This document shows positions 46,697-59,844 of a stretch of 64,000 bases of DNA, in pieces. Source of the DNA: the human T2T-CHM13v2.0 reference genome, Homo sapiens; NCBI RefSeq assembly GCF_009914755.1, contig NC_060930.1. One strand, given 5' to 3'. Position 1 is the stretch's first letter. Every line of letters begins with the position of its first letter. Under the pieces are notes generated by a model that saw only the letters and a program-made list of their open reading frames with translations, was not told the DNA's origin and ran no database searches. The position numbers and the translations under genes were made by a program.

Positions 46697-46727
46697 AACA
46701 CACACACATACACACACACACACGCAC
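46697..46727. repeat. (CA)n microsatellite
   Basis: acacacacacatacacacacacacacgcac. Confidence 0.85.
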
Positions 46728-47286
46728 CCCCCTATAAAATGCATAAACATCTCTGTTTGTTATCTAGGATGCAGGGTATAGAGCTAGTGTGATCCTAGCC
46801 CTAAAAATCAGTTTTTATCACTAATACAATTCCATTTACAGAGAATTGCTTTTCCACAGCTCTTGCTCTATTGACTTGAAACAAAAGGCACCTGGATTCA
46901 AATGTCATCAAGGTTTGTAGCGTTTCACTGCCAATAGAAAATATGAATACTTATTCGTAGGACAAGAAAAAGAAATTTAATTACATAAATATGTACTAGT
47001 ATTTGAATTGTTTGTCTTATTACTTCATTTGCTCAACCCACATTTGCTGGCCCATCATTGTTTGAGCTACTCTATAACAACATTGTTCAATGGATTCTAA
47101 AAACTGTTTTCAGAAAACTTTTTAGGGTATATAATGGGATTATTTATATATTTATGTAAATATATCATTTGTACATTCTTTTTTGAATACTATTAATGAA
47201 ATTTTCTTTACTTACAAGAAATGTATTTTAGTGTATGTATAAAGGCCACTATTTTTATTGTAAACCCTATAGATCAGATAACAGCA

Positions 47287-47710
47287 TATATTAGTAAGGG
47301 TTCCCTAGAGAAATAGAACCAAGAGAAGATTTATATATCAGATAGGATATATAATATCTTATAAATATATATAATATTATACATATAATATAATGATTTA
47401 GCTCATGTGGTCATGGAGGCAGGCAAGTTCAATCTGTAACGTGGGCTGGCTTGCTGGAGGCCCTGGAAGAACTGACGTTCCAGTTTGAGGAAAGTCAGGC
47501 AGAAAGAGCCATTTTATAAATGAAGTCTGGAAGCAATCTGCTGAAGATTCTTCCTTACTCGGGGCAAAGGCAGTTTTATTTTTCTGTTTAGCCCTTCAAT
47601 TGATTGGAAAAAGCCCTCTCACATTATGAAGGGCAATGTGCTTTTCTGATTAAGATATTAATTTCAAACAGAAATACCCTCCATGTTTACACAAAGAAGT
47701 AACCATCAAG
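47287..47710 (-). mobile_element. MLT2-type ERVL solo LTR
   Basis: tattagtaagggttccctagagaaatagaacc...gcccttcaattgattgga...cacattatgaagggcaat...aaccatca with an internal AT microsatellite; TSD-like cagca/cagcc. Confidence 0.85.
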
Positions 47711-47776
47711 CAGCCTTTACTTAACAAAATATGTGATAAGTCCTGATTTTGTGTACATGGCAAGTCATGAGAAGCG

Positions 47777-47805
47777 TATGTGTGTGTGTGTGTGTGTCTG
47801 TGTGT
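47777..47805. repeat. (TG)n microsatellite
   Basis: tatgtgtgtgtgtgtgtgtgtctgtgtgt. Confidence 0.85.
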
Positions 47806-48399
47806 TTGGGGAAGCAGAGGGGCATATGCAAGTAACAGTGGAAATGTTAAGGCAATAGAACAAAAAAAATGTTTATATCTACAGCAAGAAGGAACAGTTA
47901 GCCAATCTATGATTCACAATTCTAGTGTGAATAGCGCTTATTTGTTAACTCCAGCATATCCATATGTTTTGACTTTAACAGGGGGTAGACAAACTGCTGA
48001 CCCATCTTCGTCCAATAAACAAAGCAATACACATTTGAAGATAATCAACATATTTTCATTTTTTACTTATATTCTTTCATTATAATGATTATATTTAAAG
48101 CAAACAATTGAACATAATAATGCAAATATATTTTTGCTATAGGTTTGCTTATAATTCACTTGTTTATGTGATTATGCTCTTAAAAATAAAGGACATTTTT
48201 AATTAAAATCTGTTACTATACAATTTGTTTCCTGCACACTGTTTCCTTTTTTTAAAACCTAAACCATAAAATTTCATCAATCTGAATCAATTTTCAGAGA
48301 CCTCACAAAATTTCTTAATTTCTCAGTTCTTACTTAAACATCTAGCAATATCTTTGGTAGAAGGTTATGCCATTATTTGAATTTACTTGAAACACTTAA

Positions 48400-49000
48400 T
48401 TTTTTTAAAAAAATATATTTATCTATTTAACCATGTAGTCAGAAAATTGTAACATAGAAAAATATGTAAAATGAAATATGTAAATTTTCCCCATTCCCCA
48501 TATCCCAGTGTCTCTTTCTAAAGGTAACCACTATTCATACCTCTCCAAAATCATTCATATATAATTTAAATACTTCATACTGTGCAGTATATCTATTTTT
48601 CATACTGAAGCAAACACATTAAACACATCATTATACATTTTGCCTTTATCAATATTAAATATTAATCTCTTTTGGAGATTTTTTCTTTAAGGCCTGGAAG
48701 AGTAACTTTATTTTTAATGGTTGCATATCATTTCTTCATATAGATGTAAAAAATTCATTTAAATTGCCTTATAAAATGCAAATTTAATATTTTTTCTGCT
48801 ACTCAAAAGTATTGCAGTGAACATCTCAAGGCATATAACAGCATAATTTTGCAAGTACCTTCAAATGAGATATTTCTAGAAATTAAATGACTGGGTCAAA
48901 GCACATGTATGCATATCCCTTAATTTGAGAGATTTCACTATGTGTACCTTCATAAAAAATCTGTACCAGTTTAGACTTTCATCAAAAAGTAATTGAATTA
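48400..49000 (-). mobile_element. L1ME 3' UTR remnant
   Basis: aaggtaaccactatt, ttttaatggttgcata, tgcagtgaacatc, ctgggtcaaa antisense L1ME motifs. Confidence 0.6.
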
Positions 49001-50169
49001 AAATTACTTATGAAGTAATAGAAGTCCATTATTCTCCATCTTACCCAGGTTAAATTTTTCTTACATTGATTAAATGCACTACTACCTTTAAACTGAATTT
49101 TCCTGACATTTAAAAATACTTCAATTTTCTATGAGCTCCTGTCAATTGTCCGTAATTTTCTACAACAATTAAGGCCAGAATTTAATATTCATCTTTGGAT
49201 GCATTTATCTAAGGATAGCTTGAGAGTAAGTTTAAGAACCCCTACCCAAAATACAAAATCAGTTTTTAAAATAAATGCAAAATCATTTTAATAAAGTATG
49301 CAAGAAACATGTCTCTCCTTCACAGACTTTAATATTTTCATAATTACTTTAAAGTAATGTGCTGTTTCTAAAATTTCTATTGACCTTTAAGATCTAGAGA
49401 GCACATATGATTACCTTTCGTGGGTTTAGGCTGTGAGGGAATCAGTTCATTCTAGGCCTTTAATTTCCCATAATACAACAGAAAAGAGCAGTGGCAGAAG
49501 AAATCAATCCCAACTTATCCCTTGTCGAATATCAGCAAGCACAATGTCACAAAACCAATGTGAAGAAATGGAGTATGGATTTCCTGGTGACATTTGTAAA
49601 GTGTTTGTGTCAAAGTATTTTTCTAATACAGAAAAGGTTAGAGCTTAACAAATTAAAGCACATGTTTCTTTTAAACCAGTATGTTTGTCATTTGGGATAA
49701 CTTTAATAGCTTTTCTTCCTTATAAAAAAATTTAACCCAATGTGACACAATTGGCCTCAATCCTTGAACTGTTCATCATTTACACACAAATTTCTTTATC
49801 ATAATCATATGAAAAACTTGTAAGAATCTATTTTTTAAGTTATAGATTTATCTATTGTAATTGCAAATAGAATTGTCTAAAAATTTTTTTTTTACCAAAG
49901 ATGTTTAGTTGGTTTCCTTTTCTTATTAAAAAGAAGGTATGCCTCATTTTCTGCTCATTGAATTTATTGACACTTTTATAATTAATATAAATTTTAAATA
50001 AAAAGTGCTAATTTTATTTATATAAGAAGATATGTTATCAATAAAGGAGTGTAATATTTATAAAATTAAATTTTACCTATATTTATCAACAGTTATACTA
50101 AAATAATCTTTTCACTTTTAATACAACTAATATTTGTTGAGAACCTATAATCAACAGCGCTTTAGTAGC

Positions 50170-51318
50170 ACAGCGTACACTTAATCCTCAGCAATAAGAA
50201 CCCAAGTTTCTTGGAAATAAATGGCTGGTTGTGGTGCTGGAGCAAGAACAGAGAAAATTGAGACTGAAAAATCTTCGGCAAACAGGAAGAAAATTATCTA
50301 AGAATAATGGGAAAGATTGAGATCGGATAGAAACTGACCAAAACTGGGGAATTTTGAGCACCAAAATAAATAATGAAAGTTAAAGATTAAAAATCATTAA
50401 ATAGACAGGAATCTCGAGTTCATACTGACAAAAACAAACAAACAGCCAAAAAAGAAAGAAAGAAAAAGTTTCCACCTGCCAGAATAATATTGAATAATAA
50501 AATGAATAGAGACAGGATTGAATTAAAGAACCACCAGCAGGCAATCATCATGACAATAATGGATTCAGGCAAGACTCAAAATAAGTTCCAAATTATTTGA
50601 TATTTGTTTTGTGAGAAACAGCATATCTATATAAACTCAAAATATCTTACCATAAAATGTTACTAAAGTTAAAGTGTGAACATCTTATGGACAACGTATT
50701 AACCAAGTGATAAAAATAATATGAGCAATGGGACAAGTGCACATTGTGGTCCTCATTACGTATTGCACTGACTGAGAGGTGACTGTATAACTTCTGTGGT
50801 ATTACTGCCAGAATTCATTATCTGCTAACACAATATAAAAACTATTCTACAAAGTGATTAACCCATAATCTTTCAGGGTATCTTGGTCATGGAAGGAAAA
50901 ACGAGGAAATATTGAGGAACAGTTCCAGGTTGAAGGAGACTAAAGAGGCATGTTACCTAAATGCAACACATGGTCCTGGGTTTAATCTAACACCCAAAGT
51001 GAATTAAGTCTCTTACAATGGCAGTATTTTATCAATGTTAATTTCCTTATTTTGATAATTGTACTTGGTTATGCAAGTAGTGCCCTTGTTTTAGGAACCA
51101 AATATGGAAATATTTTAAGGGTTATTATAGACAGTGTCTGATTTTTTAAGTACTTCAGAAAAATATTAATATGTATTGATAAAAAATGAGAGAGGGGGAA
51201 TGATTTGGCAGCTATGGTAAAATATTTACAATTAGGAAATATGCACGAAGGATGTATAGTTATTTTGTGTACTTGTAAATTTTCTGTAAGTATAACAAGT
51301 TTCAAATGAAAAATTTCA
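50170..51318 (+). mobile_element. L1MC-type 3' UTR
   Basis: ttaaccaagtgat, gttccaggttgaaggagactaaagaggcatg...aaatgcaac, tatcaatgttaatttcct, ttttctgtaagt. Confidence 0.75.
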
Positions 51319-51479
51319 GAAATGTTTGTAACGTAGTTGCAAGAATAAAAGTGGAACATAAGTCAATATGCTTTGTTTTTATTTAAAACTTTGGACCTGA
51401 GTATTCCGGGAGACAATAAAGTACTTCAGTTCTTTATTATTCATAATGTGATAAGAAGCAATAAAATCAAATTGGGAAA

Positions 51480-51575
51480 TTTCAGATTCAACCCTTGAAT
51501 CATTTAATCAAAATCTGCATTTTTAATAAGGTCTGCAATTTTTTTATGCATCTTTGTATCTGAGAAATACTGCCT
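51480..51575. mobile_element. MER5B-like fragment
   Basis: aatcaaaatctgcatttttaataag...tgagaaatactg. Confidence 0.5.
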
Positions 51576-51619
51576 TAAGCATGATTTAGTTGAGGAAATA
51601 AGACATTACAAAGAATTAG

Positions 51620-51885
51620 CATTGATAGGTTTAGTTGTGATTGTGGTCTTGTGAATACATTGAAGAAGAGGCTTATTTTAAAAGATATTTACTGAGAATT
51701 TTAGCAATAACATGCTGTTGTGTCTGGAATTTGCTTTGAAACATTGTGTGGATGGGGAGAGTATAGATGAAATAAGACTGAGCACGTGGTGGTCATTGTT
51801 GCAGTAGGATGGTAGATAAAGAAGGAAGACTATTCCCTTTTATAGGGGACTATGTTCAAATTCATTCTACAATAAAAAGTATGTC
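51620..51885 (+). mobile_element. L1ME 3' end remnant
   Basis: tgtctggaatttgctttgaaa...gtatagatgaaataagactg. Confidence 0.55.
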
Positions 51886-53844
51886 CAGAAAAAAAAAGGT
51901 CTTGATAAAAAAGAATAGGAATAAACAGAAGGAAATGATTAAATTACCAAGGAGAGGATCTATAAACTATATCCAAAGAGGATAAATTATTTAATATTTA
52001 ACTTTATGTATTTCCTTTACTATATTTAATATTTTCTTCTTTCTTTTTAATTAAAGAAATTACCATAATCATAAAATCACAGGTTCTTGGTTCTTCAATT
52101 GACCACATAACAGACTTAATACTGCTTCATTTTAAAGTAATAAATTTTAATATAACTAATGTCAATTTATAAGTTTCATTAGTTAAATGACGTGCTATTA
52201 TAAAAAGAGAAAGAAAACTGTTAGAGAAAAATATACAATTTAAAAGGTAACTTTATTATTTTAGGTGAAAGATCATAAGGGCTTCAAAGTCCTTTATGCC
52301 CCTAAATATTAAGATTATATTCGGTTTTTCTTTCTGATAATTACATTTTTAAAAAGTACATATTTTATCCAGCAATTGTTAAGTTTGGCTCAATATTTTC
52401 ACCATCAAAGTTCTGTATTCTTTTATGTAAAGTGTCAATAAAACAATAATGCACATAGTTATTTGGGTTTAAAGAAAATAATTAACACGAGAAGAGCAAA
52501 TTTGCAAATTATAAAACCATATGTAAAGAAATAACCGCACAATTTTGTAAATACTTCTTCTACTTAATATATATCTTGCAGCTTTTATGAAGTGATTTAT
52601 TCAATTACAGTACCGCTGGTACATTGTTTTCTGAAAGTTATAAGTCAACAAAAAATATGTGTCAGGTACATATTATTTATGCTTACTTTATTATATCTAT
52701 AATTATGTTAGTTGACACAAATGTCATCTGTCATGAAAATGACTAAAGTATCAAGAAACTCACTCCTGTATCAAAGCTAATATGGTGGTTACATGGTTGG
52801 AGACCTAAGTTTCTTTTATCTTTTGCTCTGCTATTCTGTAGATGTAGGTTTCATCTAATAATTTAAAATGATTATTTATCTTCTACTTTCACTTCACTAT
52901 CCCACCAAGCAAGAATTAGAGAAAAATGGAAAGTCCAATCATTCTCTTTATAAGCAACATTCAAAATTGCATATGTCACATTTGTGTTTATACTGTTGGC
53001 CAGAAATTAGTCTTATGACCACATCTAGCTACAACAAAAGTTGGAAAATATACTTCATTATGGATGGTAGTAACTGAAATTCAAGTATTCTGTTACTAAA
53101 TGAAGAATTCATAAGTGAATTATTTTAATCAAACAATTCTGTGGCAGTTTTATAATCTCTATCCTAGAGATTGCTAATTTCATAAAAAGAGCTAGCTGCT
53201 TTGGAGTTCAGCTGCAAAAAGGTTTTAAAATATGTAAAGAAATTTACTGAATATTTAACCATATTCTCTTTATTTTATGGATAAAAAGATCATGACTTGA
53301 ATACTCAAATAGATTATGTAGAAGCACAGGACAGTTAATGGAACAGCCAAGACTAAAAGAAGGTTTCCTAGTTTCTAGTTCAGTTAATTTTCTTTAATAA
53401 GCAAATTTGTATACAAATTAGAATTTAAGAATTATAGTTGCTTTCAGTTTGGGTCATACTTTTATGTATAATAAAACTGTAAGACAAATATTAATAAAAT
53501 ACATTTGAAGAATTTCAGAAATCTTACAAGCCTCATTTTGGGTACATTCTTATTTCATAGAAAGTAAATTTGGTTGGATGAGCAAAAGACTAACAAATAA
53601 TTGCTTCATTTAGCATTATTTTCTTCTCAGCTACTGTCCTGAATATATTCTAGTTATGTTATTTAATTTTTATACAGGCATAGCACAGAGGAATTTCATA
53701 TGGAATCAAATATTCCAAGGATTTGGGGTGAGATAATATAGAATATATTATTTTATATTATTTATGGGAAAATGGTAGATACTATTTGATATTTCCACTC
53801 ACTTGGCTATCATATTTGTTGTGATCAGTCACAATATAAAGCAG

Positions 53845-56400
53845 GTTACTATCATGAACAAGAAGAAATGAGATAATCCTGCTCCCAATGGAAACAACTA
53901 AGAAAGACTGGATAAGAATATATAGAAAAAAAAATACAGCTACCTTTACAAGCATTGTTTATTTGGCAAGGAAAAAAATTGAAGCCAAATAAAAATAACT
54001 ACAGGAAACCTAGTCGTAAACTAATAATGGAATAGGTAGTATTTGTGGAAATTTTGTAACCCTTAGTTACTGTTTTCAGAGTTATACTGGGCAGAAGAGA
54101 AAGGAGATAGATAAGGCCAAGGATGTATCCAATTTGCCAAGTACGTAAGTATGGAATTCCAAATGCCGTCATAGTCCCTTTAAGTATTCATGAGAAATTA
54201 GACCACCATGCTGAAAAGGTCAGAAGAGTAGCTTGTCTATATAGCCTTAATACCAAGTAGCAGGGAGAAAGCAACAACAATAATAATAGTCTCCCCTGAA
54301 CTTTGTAACCACAAACTACTTCTCATATGGATTTCAGATTGACTCACATTTCCACTGGGGACCCAAAAACACAAGTAGAAAATTTATCTTGAAATGGTCC
54401 TGTATTCATGGTGCTCCATCCACTAAAGAAACAAAATTTTAACTCAGGTCTCTAATAATTACTACAAAAAAATCCAAGAAAGATGAGTTCAGAATTAAAG
54501 ATCTCAAAATACAGAAATATACCAAAGGAACAAAAACCCTAAAAACCATGAATAAGAGCCAACAAAACAACACAAAGCTGAAGGAGACTCACAAACATCA
54601 CAGATACTGGGTTTATAAACTACAAAATGAAGAATCAATATTTTGATTAAAGTAATAAAGGATAGACCAGAAAATATAAGCAAAGAATAAGAGATCATAA
54701 AAATGAACAAGAATATTTGACAAGTAACCATGTAGAAAATCCATATATGGAAAGCATAATAATTATATATTCGGTGGGAGGCTTCCAGTGTGTAAGATAA
54801 CAGCAGATGCCAAGATACACATCCCTCCCTATTTAAAAAAACAGAAAGGAAAAATGTCTATCGCCTACAACTACAGAATAACAAAAAAAAAGAGTACTAT
54901 AAACTATGCTGTAGATAAATTGAAAAATAAACATTCAAGATAAGTGGAATCAGTGTCTGACCTGACAGTGTAATGCAGCGAAAGTTTAGCTGGAGTTAGT
55001 TGGAAAACCTGTGAGAATGAAGGCATCCTGGTGGTAAGAGAGCTCAGAAAACACCAACCAGAGTTTACTTCAAGAAGGAGAGGCCCCAACTCTGAGTGGT
55101 AACAACTGAGTGTATCGAGATCCAGTGTGTCAAAGCACCATCAATTAGGAGGTTAAAAAGACAAGAGTGGACAGTACACACAACCAGAGGTGGCATTCTT
55201 AAGAAAGGGCCACTTTTGAGTGAGAGAGAGATTACCTTGTAAAGAAGAGGTATCCCTTGGATCAAGAAAATAGTGGTAAGAAGAAAAATGTAACTAATGA
55301 AAACAGCAGTACAAAAATAAGAGAGGCAGACTGAAAACAGTATCATTAAATTAAGAAAGTTGACAAGTCACCCAAACCCCTGGTACTTTCTGTTGATAAT
55401 GTGCACAGTTATTTCAGGAAAAGCTAGCATAATTAAAATCAACAAGAAAAATAAAAGCACTAAATTTTACAAAAGATGAAGAAAAAAGATGAGGACCAAG
55501 AAGATCTATCTTAGAAGCAAAAGAAAACTTTAACATATCTTTGCAATTTGAATTAAAAGCAAAAGCATTGCAGATGTGAAAGAACATGAGAATCAGAAAT
55601 CTCAGAAATAAAATGGACTCTCAGCAAGAATAGGGAAACAGGAAACTGATGTGGCTAAGAAAATTTGAAAAATAAAATAAAAATTTTAAACCTCAGAAAT
55701 GAAGGCTAAGCTACCAGGTATTCAATCAAAAATAAATAATATATATATATGATTTGAAGTTTGGAAAGGGACATAGAGAATTAAATAATAAAAGCAAAAA
55801 ATGGAGATAGATATTAAAAAGATATTTGAAAGATTATAATGGAAGTTAAACAACATGGCAACTTCTCACAATGTGGTCTGAGATGCCTCAGGTCCTCTAG
55901 ACTGTCTCAGGTGGTCTAGGAGGACAAAATTATTTTCATATTAATACTAAAACATCATTTGCCTTTTTAATTCTCATTCTCAGATGGATGCAGATAACTT
56001 CCAGAGACTATATGTCCTGTGGTGACTTCATTGCTCTGATGGCTAATGTGAGGTGTCTTGAGTATTGTTGTGTTTTACAAATTTCTTAGCTTTAATTTCT
56101 AAATTGGTAAATATTCATAGATTAGATGAACATAAACAAAAGCTCTGTGTTTCTCAATACTTTCAAGACTAAAGGATTCTGAAAACAAAATGTTGATAAA
56201 AAAGACTGGCAAACTTCAATATACAAATTTGTAATTAAAAATATGGAAGAAGGAAAGCAAATTGATTGAACCTAAATTTAAAACCCTAATTCAAGGAACC
56301 TTTCCTTGAATAAAATGTGTCTTGAATCTGCTATAGCAAGAGTAAATGGAAACCCGGGGAAATTGACATAGCAGTATCAACTATAAGATATATACTAATT
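53845..56400 (+). mobile_element. Highly decayed L1M 5' UTR/ORF1-like fragments
   Basis: A-rich sequence with gaaacaactaagaaagactggataa, ctccctgaactttgtaaccacaa and ORF1-like lysine-rich tracts; boundaries uncertain. Confidence 0.45.
55854..56208. mobile_element. hAT-Charlie-type non-autonomous DNA transposon
   Basis: ttctcacaatgtggtc start; aaaattattttcatattaatactaa; cataaacaaaagctct...actg end. Confidence 0.65.
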
Positions 56401-56554
56401 ATAGGTGCTGTCTTAATGTCAAAACGATTAGAAGAATGTTTTTCAAATATAGCTCCAATGAGGCTAGTGCCTGAGATTTTGATTAATTACAAAAAAAGCA
56501 GATCCAAATTCAGCTGATGAATTGCGTCCCATTGTTTGTCTCATAAAGATTACA

Positions 56555-56722
56555 GGCTATTTAGTTAGCCTCTGTGCACTTTAGTTTCCCCATCTGTAAG
56601 ATGAAAATAATAATAGCTCTTTTTTATACAGATTTTATAAAGTTTAAAGAATTTACATCAAAAACTGCAGAACAGTTGAGACATAGAGAAATTACTTAAT
56701 AAATATTGTTATTATATTATTA
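56555..56722 (+). mobile_element. MIR SINE
   Basis: Core cctctgtgcactttagtttccccatctgtaagatgaaaataataatag. Confidence 0.75.
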
Positions 56723-57520
56723 TCATTTAAACAAATAATGTAGACACACATCAAACTTTCAAGATCAAAATTCTCAGGTTTGTGGCACAAACATTTCCAC
56801 TCCTTAAAAGTTTCGTAAGTAATTCTTATAGTCATCATAGTTTAAAAACATAATTTCATTTTCAATCCTTCAAATCATCTTTAAGCATTTTTTATGTTTA
56901 ATTATTAGAACTGATATTTTCTTAAGTATTGTAATACTTTTCTTACTGTTAAGGACGTTTACTTTCATTCTATCATTAAGGTAAATTTTTATACAGAAAT
57001 GATATTTGTTTTTATCAAATGACATTTAAGATGTCAAAATTATCATGTATTTCTCCTTTGCATAAATGAATACATCAGTAGTTTTCTAATTTTGGCTCCC
57101 TTTACTGACCTAAAATAACTTCCACCTGATTTTGTTATGTTCAAAGGATAATATACAATTTGACTTGATTTATTATTTACTCTATCATTTCTCTGCTGCT
57201 TTTCTTGAGTCTATAAATTTATTTGTATTCCTTATTTTGAGGAATATCAGCTCAATAAAATGTTAACAGATATTCCCTAAAAATTGATTACGTAATTAAA
57301 TCTATTTTGATAATTCTAGATTAAATGAATCTAAAGAACTCTCCTTGGTATTGAAATGTTTAGTTAATTTATTAACTCAATTAGAAATGTTTAAGAGATA
57401 GCTACTTTAAAAATGTTTCTAAAATTTATATGGAACAATGTAATACCTTTATTCTCCAGGAATCTTACAGTTTTTAAATTTTTAACATTTATGAGATCAT
57501 TTAATTTTTTTCTCTGCTTC

Positions 57521-57859
57521 TTTTTAAACAGAATTTATTTTTTAAAGCACGTTTAGGTTTATAGCAAAATTCAGCAGAAAGCACTGGAATTTCCCTTATG
57601 TTACCTGCCCCCACACATGCAGACCCTCACTCATTGCCATCATCTCCCACCAGAATGGTACATTTGTTATAATTGACGAGGCAATACAAATCCAAGTTTA
57701 CGTTAGGAGTCACTCTTGGTATTATACATTCGGTGTCTTTGGACAAGTATGTAGTGTCATGCATCCACATTACAGTATCATACAGAATAGTTCGACTGCT
57801 CTAAAAATCCTCTGTGCTCTCCCTATTTACCCATCCCTGACCCCAACCGCTGACAACTA
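57521..57859 (-). mobile_element. L1MC1-like 3' end
   Basis: tttaggtttatagcaaaatt...cccaccagaatggtacatttgtta...acagtatcatacagaatagtt...ctaaaaatcctctgtgctc. Confidence 0.85.
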
Positions 57860-59162
57860 AAAGTCCAGCAGATATGTAGAAAACAGAACAAGACTTCAAC
57901 ACTTAATAATTGTCAGTTAACTGTAATCACCTATTCCAATACTACTATTTGATATGTTTTCGATACATTGGTGTTCCTGAATTAAAACTATGAAATATGG
58001 CAAAGAAAATATTTGACCTTTTAAAAGCATAATTTGTTTTCAGTTACTTTTGTAATTCTTATCAACCATTAAATAGCCTTTTCACTGTTTTTCAGAAAGT
58101 TTTCATGTAGATCTACATATATATTTAAATATATATACATATATATATATTTTTCACAATTCCAAAACTAAAAAGTTTACATTTCATTTTTCACTAAATA
58201 GAACAATATATTTAATTCAATACCTCCCCTTAAGCTTTGGCACACATGTTCTTATAAGATAACAAAGAACCTAAATATTTTAAAATGCATGGTTAGTGAT
58301 GAAACGTCAATAATGACTATATTTCAGCTTTTAGAAATCAGTGACTAAAGGTAATAGGATAATCTAGATTTAATTTCCTATAAAAAAGGATTGGATATCA
58401 GCCAGTATTAAGATTTATTAAGAGCCAAAAATGCTGTCAAAGTTCATGTCTACATGGAACATTACTCATTCATTCTGTTAATCTAAAATAATATGGAATA
58501 TAATTTATCAGGACATCAAAATCATAGCTTTTACTTCATTTCCTCACTTCTATAAGGACATGCACAATAGACTCTACAACTATACATGCACTCTATTAGG
58601 GCTAATTGAAAATAGATGGTACAATTAACCCGCTTTTTAGTAAAAAACATTAACACTTAATGTAAAAGTCTAATCACAATAAAAAGAGTTTCACATTGGA
58701 AGGGAATGTGGTAATTTAAAATCATCGGATTTTCTCTTACAAAGTAAATTAAAGAAAGAAAAAGTTAATATAACATCACCCAAAGCAACAATTAGACATT
58801 TGTGTTCTTAATCTTTGATTTCTTTCTCAGATCTCCACTTCAGAAGACTATAGATGATTTATCACAATGACTCTCGGTCTTTAGGTGCAACATAGCAGAA
58901 CTAAGCAGATGGCCATGAAACAAATAAGCTGTAGAAGCAACCATTACAATATAAACTGCAAGAGTGAAAATTAATATGCAAACTCATGTAAAAAAATCAG
59001 CCTTGATCATGTTACCTTGACAAATTTCATTAAACAGATTATTTTGATGTATTACATTTTAGTTCAATGAATGCTTAAAAGATATAGAAAAATATTATTA
59101 ATATTTTTGATTAAAATAAATCATCTATATATGTTGAGTATTTCAAAATCTAAAGCTTTTAG

Positions 59163-59390
<228 letters not shown>

Positions 59391-59844
59391 TAAAATTACT
59401 TGTTTTAATAAACCAAAGTTTAAAGCACATACTGGGTATACCGTATACTTGCTACCATTGTTTACTTGTGCATTTAGGGTGGACATCGTTAATCAATTCT
59501 TATACTCTTCCCTGCTGAATCTAGACTTAGCTCTATAATCCTTTATAATAACATTCTAGAGGCTCTAGGGATTTGCCATAATGTAGGAAAAATATTTGAC
59601 AAGCCCAGTTTAGGCCTCTCTTCCCTTTACCTAAGCCTGGACTAAATAACAGATATGCTAATTTTAATTAAAAAACTAAATACAATTAATTATGCAAAAT
59701 TTATGTCAAAGGAAGAGACATATAGGATATTGTAGAAACACTATTTTGTTGTGGAATGAGAAAAATAATATCCCTTAGTTGAAGCATTTAGGAAATATTT
59801 TTCTAAAAGAGGTAAAATTTTAAGTGTTATTAGATTGAAGCTGA

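Noticed and set aside
58105-58150. Adjacent perfect palindromes atgtagatctacat and atatatatttaaatatatat
   Set aside because: Short and embedded in (TA)n low-complexity sequence, where palindromes are expected.
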